This document shows, in pieces, positions 16,337 through 27,953 of a DNA stretch of 32,000 nt. Below the pieces are notes generated by a model that saw nothing but the letters and a program-made list of their open reading frames with translations, searched no databases and had not been told where the DNA came from. The position numbers were made by a program, and so were the translations under genes. Positions within the stretch are counted from its first letter, which is position 1. Each line of letters opens with the position of its first letter. The DNA is from Vibrio vulnificus CMCP6 (lineage in GTDB: Bacteria; Pseudomonadota; Gammaproteobacteria; Enterobacterales; Vibrionaceae): positions 780,001 to 812,000 of the forward strand of contig NC_004460.2 of the NCBI RefSeq assembly GCF_000039765.1. The letters run 5' to 3'.

Positions 16337-17295
16337 TTAGTCTTGTTGGTTTATTCCAAAGTTATTATTAACTTCGAATAAAGATGCTGCTCTTTTATGG
16401 TGCAGTGTCCACTGTACTGGTAAATAGTGCTCCGGTTTTAAATGCAGCCATTCTGGCAACACGGTACCGATCGAGATAGATGACCATGTACCCGATAGCA
16501 CACCAATAAACATCGCGGTCGAGAAGCCTCCAATGCATTACCGCCCATAAACCATAGTGCGGCAATCGTAATTAAGGTGGTTCCCGATGTCACCATTGTG
16601 CGCGAGAAGGTTCCTAGTACCGCTTGGTCGTTAATGTTTTCCGTGGTTTCATTCTGTTTGGCAATCAGCAATTCTCGTATCCGGTCCGCAATGATAATTG
16701 AGTCGTTCAATGAATAACCAAGGATAGCGAGTATGGCGGCAAATACCGTTAGGTTGAACTCCATTTGTGTGATCGCAAAAAAACCCAACACAAGCACCAC
16801 ATCGTGAAGCAGTGCGAGTAGAGAACCACTCGCTAAGCGCCATTCAAAACGGAAACAAAGATACCCGAGAATACACAAGATGCTGATCAACAACGCCATA
16901 CCACCTTGATCAACAAGATCTTGGCCAACTTGCGAGCCGACTACGCTGTTGCTGATGGTGGTGACATGATGAGACACACCATCTAACACTTGCTGAATGT
17001 TTGGTGCTTGAGTTTCCCCTTCAGGAAGAGAGTAACGAATAATCCATCTCCCCTCTTCACCCGATTTAGTGACCGTTGTTGACTCACCTAATACGGGTTT
17101 TAATTGATCCAGAAGTTGGTGATTGGTTAACCCTGCGTCCAACTTCACTTCGGTCACCATCCCTCCAGTAAAGTCCAGACCTAAATTTAAGCCACGCAGG
17201 CCCAATGCCACTAAAGAGACCACCATCAACGCCAAGGAAATCACGCTGGTTAGGTAGCGGATAGCGCGGATGTGTTTTTTCATAAATTCAACCAT
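16337..17295 (-). pseudogene. secF: Protein-export membrane protein SecF (SecDF paralogue) with an apparent -1 frameshift near the C-terminus
   Basis: The ORF is SecF-like up to ...ALWFMGGNALE and then reads ASRPRCLLVCYRVHGHLSRS.... The adjacent frame gives GFSTAMFIGVLSGTWSSISIGTVLPEW... and stops at 16337, directly before the terminator. GAGGC at 16526-16530 would be GAGGGC in an intact gene, which restores about 319 aa. Confidence 0.8.
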
Positions 17296-17297
17296 GG

Positions 17298-19142
17298 TTA
17301 TACCCTCACATTACGACGACTATCTTTACCCCACACCAAATTGATCATGGCGCGAGAGGCAAACACTCCAGTAAACATACTGGTTAAAAGCCCTAGACCT
17401 AACGTTAAGGCAAAACCTTGGATCGGTCCGTTACCGATGGCATACAGCACAACAGCAGTAATCATGGTCGTAATGTTGGCATCGAGAATGGTGGCAAACG
17501 CGCTGTCAAAGCCGCTATCGATGGCCTGCGCTAAACTGCGTCCTTCTCGCATCTTATCTTTGATTCGCTCAAAAATAATCACGTTCGTATCCACGGCCAT
17601 ACCAACGGTCAACACCAGACCTGCGATCCCAGGTAAGGTTAATACGGCCCCCGGTAGCAGGGCGATTAGGCCAAGCAAACAAAGCATGTTTGCAACAAGT
17701 GCAACGTTTGCAACCCAGCCTAAACGGCGATACCACAGCGCCATAAACGTCAGTGTTAAGCCCATACCGAGAGCAAGTGCCGCAAAGCCATTTTGGATGT
17801 TTTCAGCCCCCAATGAGGCGCCAATGGTGCGCTCTTCAACAATCGAAACTGGCGCAGTCAACGAACCAGCACGAAGCAATAACGCAAGTTGTTGCGCTTC
17901 ATCCATGCTGCCTGCACCAGTAATACGGAACTGGCTGCCTAATTGTGACTGAATGGTGGCAACGCTAATCACGCGCTCACTACGAGCAATATCACCATTT
18001 TCTTGAGTGGTGTATTCACGATAAACGGTAGCCATTGGCTTACCAATGTGAGTGGCGGAAAAATCGCTCATCTTCTTGCCACCAGCGTGATCCAAAGAGA
18101 TGTTGACTTCCGACATGCCCATCTTGTCGACACCAGCTCGTGCATTGACAATATGCTCACCCGTTAACACCGGTCTCTTTTCAAGCACGACGGAGCGGCC
18201 ATCGGCGTCTTGCAGCACCAAATCATCACCACTTCTGGCATCACTTGGTGATTTGACGGAATAGAATGCTAGGCTCGCCGTTGCACCAATCACGTTCTTC
18301 GCTTGCGCTGGATCTTGCACACCGGGTAACTCAATACGAATGCTGTGAGCGCCTTGACGTTGAACCAACGCTTCAGTAATACCAAGCTCTTCAATTCGAC
18401 CACGCATGATCTTCAAGTTTTGCTGGAGGGTTGTGGTTTGAAACTCCGCAGCATAAGCATCCGAAGGCTTCACTTCCAATGAGTCGGAATGGGTGCGAAC
18501 TTGCCAGTTAGGATAGTTGCTGCGTAGATAGTTGCTCACTTTTTCCAACGCCATCGCGTTGTCGCTTTGTACGGCCAGTTGGGCAGTGTCTGTATTGCGA
18601 ACCTGAACGCCACGAAGTTTTTCCGTGCGCAGCATTGCACGAATTTCATCCGATAAAACATCACGTTGTTCATCGAACGCTTTATCTACATCGACGTTAA
18701 GTAAAAATTGCACACCACCGCGTAAGTCTAGGCCCAACTTGATAGGGTTGAATCCCATATCAGAAAGCCATTGCGGTGCCACAGAAACATAAGAAAAGCT
18801 GATGTTGGCATCATCACCAAGAGTGTTGTCTAAAATTTTTCTCGCTTGGCTTTGCGCATTTTCATCAGAGAAAACTAAGGTCGTCACGCCTTCTTTTTCT
18901 GTCACTTTGTCGACTGAAACCGATTGATGCTCAAGCAAGCCTTTTAGCTGTACAACGTCGTAATGCTCGGTTGTCGGCCCTTTGGCGTTATTTTGATAAG
19001 AAATTTGGATAGAAGGCTGTTCACCAAACCATGTTGGAATTGCGCTTAACGTTAAAATAACCAGTGTCGTAATCAACACCACGTATTTCCAAGCGGAATA
19101 GTGGTTAAGCAACTTCTGCGCTGCTTTATGTTTTTTTGTCAT
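17298..19142 (-). CDS. secD: Protein-export membrane protein SecD (SecDF paralogue)
   Basis: SecD architecture: an N-terminal TM segment, a large periplasmic domain and a C-terminal 5-TM bundle. The start was chosen at ATG 19142 (MTKKHKAAQ...) because GGAGGGG lies 7 nt upstream. The ORF-track start at 19184 has no SD. This gives 614 aa. Confidence 0.85.
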   Translation of the reverse strand: MTKKHKAAQKLLNHYSAWKYVVLITTLVILTLSAIPTWFGEQPSIQISYQNNAKGPTTEHYDVVQLKGLLEHQSVSVDKVTEKEGVTTLVFSDENAQSQARKILDNTLGDDANISFSYVSVAPQWLSDMGFNPIKLGLDLRGGVQFLLNVDVDKAFDEQRDVLSDEIRAMLRTEKLRGVQVRNTDTAQLAVQSDNAMALEKVSNYLRSNYPNWQVRTHSDSLEVKPSDAYAAEFQTTTLQQNLKIMRGRIEELGITEALVQRQGAHSIRIELPGVQDPAQAKNVIGATASLAFYSVKSPSDARSGDDLVLQDADGRSVVLEKRPVLTGEHIVNARAGVDKMGMSEVNISLDHAGGKKMSDFSATHIGKPMATVYREYTTQENGDIARSERVISVATIQSQLGSQFRITGAGSMDEAQQLALLLRAGSLTAPVSIVEERTIGASLGAENIQNGFAALALGMGLTLTFMALWYRRLGWVANVALVANMLCLLGLIALLPGAVLTLPGIAGLVLTVGMAVDTNVIIFERIKDKMREGRSLAQAIDSGFDSAFATILDANITTMITAVVLYAIGNGPIQGFALTLGLGLLTSMFTGVFASRAMINLVWGKDSRRNVRV

Positions 19143-19211
19143 AGAGTTCCCCTCCGTCGCAAAAGACAGAGTTAATACAGTCAAAATAAAATGTGTTTTT
19201 GTTGGACTGAG

Positions 19212-19688
19212 TTACGAGAACTGACTATTGAGTGCCACATACATGGCATTGGTTTCTTTCCAACCCGCTAAGCGATGATTGGCGACGTAGTGATACTGAG
19301 TCTGAAGTGCTTTACGAGCAATGGCACAGAAAACATTGACATGAACGTTTGGTAGCGCATCTGGGCTTGCGTGCCCATCGCCAAACATCAAAGGCGTTGT
19401 GTCGGATGCGTTTTCTTCTCGCTGAGAGACGTTCCAGCGACCTGCGTTGAGAATACCTGCAGCGTCTGTTTTGAAGTGGGATTCTGATACTGGCAGTGGT
19501 GAAGAGTCTGATTCTTCGCTCTGCGTTGTTTCTTGTGTCGTGTGGCCGATTTGGTGTTTGAGCACCGTAAATTGACCATTTGATGCATGATTACGCTGAT
19601 TGCTCTCTGCAATAGATGCAATCACTTCCACTGGCATCATCACCAATGTAAGCAGTAAAGCAAATAATCGCAGTAAGCTGTTGTGCAT
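19212..19688 (-). CDS. vemP: VemP-type Sec-monitoring translation-arrest leader peptide
   Basis: It has a signal peptide (MHNSLLRLFALLLTLVMMPVEVIASIA) and a C-terminus, HRLAGWKETNAMYVALNSQFS, that matches the V. alginolyticus VemP arrest motif as I recall it. At 158 aa it lies 69 nt upstream of secD. The start is placed after the upstream terminator, because the ORF-track start at 19739 lies inside or before that hairpin. Confidence 0.75.
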   Translation of the reverse strand: MHNSLLRLFALLLTLVMMPVEVIASIAESNQRNHASNGQFTVLKHQIGHTTQETTQSEESDSSPLPVSESHFKTDAAGILNAGRWNVSQREENASDTTPLMFGDGHASPDALPNVHVNVFCAIARKALQTQYHYVANHRLAGWKETNAMYVALNSQFS

Positions 19689-19702
19689 AACTCTTCTCTG
19701 AA

Positions 19703-19734
19703 GATCAAAAAGAGCAGGCAAGTTTGCCTGCTCT
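19703..19734 (-). terminator. Rho-independent terminator after the SH3-domain gene
   Basis: AGAGCAGGCAA (19711-19721) pairs with TTGCCTGCTCT (19724-19734). On the - strand it is followed by TTTTTGATC. Confidence 0.8.
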
Positions 19735-19823
19735 CGCATAGTATGCCCGGATGTGATTTAGCTCAACTAAAAAGTTCTAAAAGTTAACCCTATAAAAGCC
19801 GACCGACCAATAAGGTACGCTGA

Positions 19824-20483
19824 TTATCGATAAAAAATCTCGCCCGTTTGTACATCGAGATAAATCTTGTTTTCTTGGGCTAACCCCCCGCAGTAGATGA
19901 AATAGACATCCCTATTCTGAAACGTCACCGATCGCACCCAACCACCTAGCTCCTCAAAGTCCTCGGGTTTGCAGGTACCGTCGTTAAGCAACATCTGAGT
20001 GTATTTTCGATAAACATCGCGATGTTCTTTTAAATCATCAGACTTAACAAGGTAACCATCTAAGATCTCTAAGCGCTCCATTTCTTCGATGACCGGTTTC
20101 GCGTCAGAGAGCTTTGTCATGTCGACCCACTCTGCCCTTTCTTCACCACCCTCTTCGTAAACTAGATAGTCGGAAATTCTTCCCCAGCCATTTTGCTTTT
20201 CAAGAATGGTGATCTTCTCGCCTTTATACAACGCATCAATAATCAGCGCTTGCGGCTCCGGTTTATTCCTCACATCAATTCGGCGCTCAATAACGTAATA
20301 GTCGGTGATTTCAGGCTCGGGGGCTGGCAGTTCCATGATTGGCTGTGGTTTTTCGGGGACAATTGGCTCCTCTACCGTTTCAACATTTTCTTCATCATCT
20401 GGCTGCATAAAGAAAACGTAGTAACCTGCCCCACCACCAATCAGCAGTAAAACAACAATCAATATGATCATGATTTTCTTCAT
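19824..20483 (-). CDS. Membrane-anchored protein with a Pro/Glu-rich linker and an SH3b-like domain; function unknown
   Basis: 219 aa. It has one N-terminal TM segment (IMIILIVVLLLIGGGAGYYVFF), then a PE-rich spacer, then an SH3b-like segment (VRNKPEPQALIIDALYKGEKITILEKQNGWGRISDY). Confidence 0.6.
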   Translation of the reverse strand: MKKIMIILIVVLLLIGGGAGYYVFFMQPDDEENVETVEEPIVPEKPQPIMELPAPEPEITDYYVIERRIDVRNKPEPQALIIDALYKGEKITILEKQNGWGRISDYLVYEEGGEERAEWVDMTKLSDAKPVIEEMERLEILDGYLVKSDDLKEHRDVYRKYTQMLLNDGTCKPEDFEELGGWVRSVTFQNRDVYFIYCGGLAQENKIYLDVQTGEIFYR

Positions 20484-20638
20484 GGATTCTTACCACCCTT
20501 CTTATGACTCAATGGTTTGGGCTTGCTAAACGGATGTCTATTTTGCCAGTTATTTGAGTATCGTTCTAATTAAGCACACCAATAGTTCTCACAAAATCAC
20601 ATATACTGTATAGCACAGCCCACCATTTACTCTCGATT

Positions 20639-21202
20639 ATGGTTAAGTGCGCTCTGATTGCATTATCATTGATGGTGTTTTCTATCCCTCTCACTGCAGC
20701 GAGTCAGTGTAATCCGCATGGCTGGAAAACATTGCAGGACAACCAAATCGAACTTGAAGGCTATTACAATACAAGAGCCACGCAATACAACACGTTACTC
20801 GCCATCCATAAACAACGTCGGCTACTCTCACAACAATTTACCTTAGATGAGTTGGTCCAACTGTGGAACCACGCGGACAGAGTCCACTATCGCGAATTTG
20901 AGCAGCAGATACGTAGTGCTCGGCAATACGCCAACGCCGTCAGCTCTCTCAAAGATCAGTTGATTGAGAAAAAAACGCAAGCACTAAGCATAGGAAGCCA
21001 GTGGTACTCCATGGCTAACGCCTGTAAACAAGCTAAGAGAACCGCCAACTTTAATTCCGCGCTTTGGTATAGTGCTTCATCCAACGATCTGGCTAACGAT
21101 TTCTCTCATTTAGAACAAAAATTCACCCAACTCGGAAAAATCTATGAGAAAGAAGCACGCCAACTAGAGACCGCACAACTCTATGCTGAGCAGGCAAAGT
21201 AA
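20639..21202 (+). CDS. Secreted helical/coiled-coil protein of unknown function
   Basis: 187 aa with a signal peptide (MVKCALIALSLMVFSIPLTAAS). The remainder is Gln/Ala/Glu-rich helical sequence, and I recognise no family. Confidence 0.5.
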   Translation: MVKCALIALSLMVFSIPLTAASQCNPHGWKTLQDNQIELEGYYNTRATQYNTLLAIHKQRRLLSQQFTLDELVQLWNHADRVHYREFEQQIRSARQYANAVSSLKDQLIEKKTQALSIGSQWYSMANACKQAKRTANFNSALWYSASSNDLANDFSHLEQKFTQLGKIYEKEARQLETAQLYAEQAK

Positions 21203-21347
21203 CTTAGAAGATCACCGACTCATATGTGCGCAAATTTTAAGCAAACAGATGAAAAATAGCGACGCAGCTCACAATAATTCTTTACTTATGCCGATTTTTT
21301 GAGTAATTTACTATTCATAAATTTTCATAAAACATAACAATTGGCTG

Positions 21348-21596
21348 GTGAAAATGCAAAACGACATGGTTTTCAAGTGGTTGAGTCACATGGATAGTCA
21401 AAACGTTACAAAGAGCAAGTTACTTTCAGTAGTTAGGCACGTCAAAGAGTATGGATCAATTAACGATCTCGAGTTATGTAAGATCTTTGGCGAGACCATT
21501 TGGAGTGATGGGGGCGAATATCATTCAGCTGCTTTCTCATTCCGAATTGATCAACAAACCGGCAATTGCGAGATCTCTCAAATTCGCAGCTATTAA
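21348..21596 (+). CDS. Small hypothetical protein
   Basis: 82-aa ORF starting at GTG 21348, with an alternative ATG at 21354. A clean terminator follows. I recognise no family. Confidence 0.4.
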   Translation: MKMQNDMVFKWLSHMDSQNVTKSKLLSVVRHVKEYGSINDLELCKIFGETIWSDGGEYHSAAFSFRIDQQTGNCEISQIRSY

Positions 21597-21610
21597 GAAA
21601 CAGTTACTAA

Positions 21611-21640
21611 AGCGGAGCCCAAAAGGCTCCGTTTTTTATT
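21611..21640 (+). terminator. Rho-independent terminator
   Basis: CGGAGCC (21613-21619) pairs with GGCTCCG (21625-21631) around loop CAAAA, followed by TTTTTT. Confidence 0.8.
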
Positions 21641-21715
21641 GCTCAATCGATGTCACAATCTATCTTTGTGTAACAGAGAGATGCCGTCATCACGGTGGCG
21701 AGACAATCAACTCAG

Positions 21716-22177
21716 TTAACTTAATGAGTAGATCGGCACTCGTTGTGACTCTTTTACCTTGCGGATAGCCAAATGAGTATGGATATCCTTAACGTTTTGT
21801 AGACGTTGTAGCTTACGAGTAAAAAGCTCATAACCTTCCAGATCCCTCGCCACCACTTCCAGCAAATAATCATACGCGCCAGACACTACATGGCAACTGA
21901 CCACTTCATCCATGGCCACAATAGCTTGCTCAAAATCGTCAATCGAAGCGACTTGGTGATTGTTTAAACTTACTTCGACAAACACACTCATAGCGATCCC
22001 AACTCGTTCACGAGCCACTGAAGCATGATAGCCACGAATAATTTTATCTTTCTCTAGCCTCTTAATGCGACGTGCACAAGGCGAGGGAGAGAGCCCCACC
22101 TCCTCGGCAATTTCCGCAGCCGTCAATTGGGCATTTTTTTGCAGCAATTCCAAAATTCGTTTATCAATCCTATCCAT
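21716..22177 (-). CDS. Lrp/AsnC-family transcriptional regulator
   Basis: MDRIDKRILELLQKNAQLTAAEIAEEVGLSPSPCARRIKRLEKDKII is a canonical AsnC HTH, and a RAM domain follows. The start is set at the internal ATG 22177, which gives 153 aa. The 14-residue extension in the ORF track is atypical for the family. Confidence 0.85.
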   Translation of the reverse strand: MDRIDKRILELLQKNAQLTAAEIAEEVGLSPSPCARRIKRLEKDKIIRGYHASVARERVGIAMSVFVEVSLNNHQVASIDDFEQAIVAMDEVVSCHVVSGAYDYLLEVVARDLEGYELFTRKLQRLQNVKDIHTHLAIRKVKESQRVPIYSLS

Positions 22178-22218
22178 TACCTTGCCATTTATCATCACTA
22201 GACCAAGAACAATTAGCA

Positions 22219-22264
22219 ATTTTTGGCATTTATATAATAACTAAAGACATATTTTGCCAAAAAA
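22219..22264. promoter_or_regulatory. Inverted repeat in the divergent Lrp/EamA promoter region; candidate operator
   Basis: ATTTTTGGCA (22219-22228) and TGCCAAAAAA (22255-22264) are complementary at 9 of 10 positions, with a 26-nt AT-rich spacer. Confidence 0.3.
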
Positions 22265-22324
22265 CATTACTAACAATAGCTGATAATTAACATTTATTTA
22301 ACTTATTTCTTCGCAAGGTATTTT

Positions 22325-23299
22325 ATGTTGCTTGGGTATCTGGCTATTGGTGCCACCTTACTGCTTTGGTCGGGCTTTTTTCTCTCTCTGAAAGGTGGAG
22401 CAATCTCTGCATTGCAACCTGCGGATATCGCATTTACTCGCTTTGTTGTTCCTATGATTTGCCTGTTGCCGATTGTGGTTAGAACAAGGCGAAGCGTCGC
22501 TTCTGTGCCATTTCGTTATTGGCTCGGCATGTTTGTAGGAAGCGGCTTGCCTTATTTGCTTGTGGCAGGAACTGCGATGCAGTTCGTTCCTGTATCGCAC
22601 GGCAGCGCACTCGTGCCAGGCACTCTTCCCCTATTTGTTACTGGCATTGCTGTCTTGCTCTTTAAGCAACCGTTAAGCCAACACCGTGTTATTGGCCTTA
22701 GCTTGGTGGTCGTTGGGATTGGTTTATTTCTTGTCCCTCATTTGGGTCTTTATCAAAATCAACTTAACGCCAACGGTCAGGAAACCACAGGGCATTTATT
22801 GTTCCTAGTGGGCAGTTTGATGTGGGCAATATTTACCATTTGCGCTCGAGTCGCTAACCTCAATCCTCTTGTTGCATCTGGTGTGATCGCTTTCGCTTCG
22901 ATGCTGTTACTAGCCATATTGGTTAATTTGGGCATGCTGGATAGCTATCTCCTTAACACATCAATCCGCCAATGGCCTTGGTATGAACTCTTTGGACATC
23001 TGCTTGTTCAGGGTATTGGAGCAGGTTTGTTAGCCGCGTTCACTTACCTATACGCCGTTAAAATTCTCGGCGCAGAGCGCAGTGCGGCATTTGGCAGTGC
23101 GACCCCGGTATTAGCAACTCTCTTGGCGATTCCTATTTTTGGTGAGTATCCAGATCCCCTAACTTGGATTGCCCTGTTCGTGGTCAGCTGCGGAAGTCTC
23201 ATTGCAAGTAATGTATTTATGCGGCATGACTCATCAATGGACTACCGACCACCACAACACCATCAAGTCAAACCATCAAGTGAAAGCTCGGTACCTTAA
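22325..23299 (+). CDS. EamA/DMT-superfamily permease (probable metabolite or amino-acid exporter)
   Basis: 324 aa with about 10 TM segments and duplicated EamA-like halves. It is divergent from an Lrp-family regulator, a common pairing. Confidence 0.75.
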   Translation: MLLGYLAIGATLLLWSGFFLSLKGGAISALQPADIAFTRFVVPMICLLPIVVRTRRSVASVPFRYWLGMFVGSGLPYLLVAGTAMQFVPVSHGSALVPGTLPLFVTGIAVLLFKQPLSQHRVIGLSLVVVGIGLFLVPHLGLYQNQLNANGQETTGHLLFLVGSLMWAIFTICARVANLNPLVASGVIAFASMLLLAILVNLGMLDSYLLNTSIRQWPWYELFGHLLVQGIGAGLLAAFTYLYAVKILGAERSAAFGSATPVLATLLAIPIFGEYPDPLTWIALFVVSCGSLIASNVFMRHDSSMDYRPPQHHQVKPSSESSVP

Positions 23300-23324
23300 C
23301 TCTTAACTCTTAACTCTCAACTCT
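23295..23324. repeat. Tandem heptamer repeat (CTTAACT x3, then CTCAACT and CT)
   Basis: The sequence is CTTAACTCTTAACTCTTAACTCTCAACTCT. The EamA stop codon TAA (23297-23299) lies in the first unit. Confidence 0.8.
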
Positions 23325-23440
23325 GGGCTTCGTAACAGTTCACGAAACATGACAAAAGTCGCCCGCATCGCAGTGATGCCCTTTGTATATCAGGCCCCGA
23401 GGTTTATAGTTTAGGGAGTTGATTTTGAAAGTGAAGAAAG

Positions 23441-24096
23441 ATGCCTTCGACTTACACCAAGGATGATATCCACCGGTTTGTAAAACCGGGGATGCGACTC
23501 AATGCGACCTTTGAATTTGGCCCACAAGACTCATTAACCTTGCCTGCGTTTTTTGTTGGCCTAAAAGCTGGTCAGTATTTGATCATCGACTTAGCGGATA
23601 AGGAAGAACTGCTCCTGCGCAAACTCGACAACGTCGATGTGATTTTACGCGGGATCGCGGATACGGAACTTGGCCATGTGGTTGCCTTTAAAACCAGCGT
23701 ATTATCGACCATCAGCAAACCAGACTTCTTGCTGTTTCTCCGCTTTCCGGCCACGTTGGCAACCAAACCCATTCGTGAACACGAACGGTATAAGATCGAT
23801 CTGGCATGCACCCTCAATCACAATGGAAACTTGTATGAAGGCCGTATGAGTGATTTTTCACTCTCTGGTTGTGCCTTCTTTACGCTTGTCGAACCCGAAT
23901 TTAAAAAAGGCGACATCGTGAAGCTTGAGTCCACCCTGAATCGTTTTCTTTCAGCAGACAACGGAGCAAAAGTGGCCAGCATTCGTAAACTTGCCAATGG
24001 TTGGTCAATCGGAATTAAGTTTGAGAAGTCGGTTTTACTTAGCCAAGAGCTGAAAAGAGAGCTACTTGAACTCTCTTTTCATGCCGGATTATTAGG

Positions 24097-24100
<4 letters not shown>
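23441..24100 (+). CDS. PilZ-domain c-di-GMP-binding protein (YcgR-like N-terminal domain plus PilZ domain)
   Basis: 219 aa. Both PilZ signature motifs are intact: REHER (RxxxR) and DFSLSG (DxSxxG), about 25 residues apart. Confidence 0.8.
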
Positions 24101-27767
<3,667 letters not shown>

Positions 27768-27891
27768 TTAATTATCTTTTTTGTTTTTCTGTGTAGCCTG
27801 ACCGTGTAAAGAGTATCGCGAATTGTGAGCCGATACCAGATTGGATTTCAGTTGGGTTTCAAAACTTTTGCGTTTTTGACGCTTAGTGTTA

Positions 27892-27926
27892 TCAATAAAC
27901 AAAACCGCCAAATATTGACGGTTTTG
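27892..27926 (-). terminator. Rho-independent terminator after the TraF-like gene
   Basis: On the - strand, CAAAACCG-(11-nt loop)-CGGTTTTG is followed by TTTATTGAT. It lies 28 nt after the stop codon. Confidence 0.65.
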
Positions 27927-27953
27927 CTCGGCGGCTCTCACCCATAAATTTGC

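Noticed and set aside
19145-19222. A definite SD-sequestering stem-loop between vemP and secD.
   Set aside because: I found only a 7-bp complementarity with a loop of about 60 nt, which is too weak to annotate as a structure without a folding calculation. It is mentioned in the VemP finding as tentative only.
19689-19739. N-terminal extensions given by the ORF track for vemP. The same issue applies to secD at 19184, the Lrp-family gene at 22219, yceH at 30219, nanE at 6644, siaM at 4922 and siaQ at 5444.
   Set aside because: The extensions start at positions without SD sequences, or at GTG or TTG codons directly adjacent to SD-like sequence. One runs through a terminator hairpin (vemP). Others add residues that are absent from the conserved family N-termini. 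Internal starts with proper SD spacing were preferred.
20606-20618. CTGTATAGCACAG, which resembles a LexA/SOS box (CTGT...ACAG), upstream of the 187-aa secreted-protein gene.
   Set aside because: The spacer between CTGT and ACAG is 5 nt rather than the required 8 nt, so it does not fit the gammaproteobacterial SOS box.
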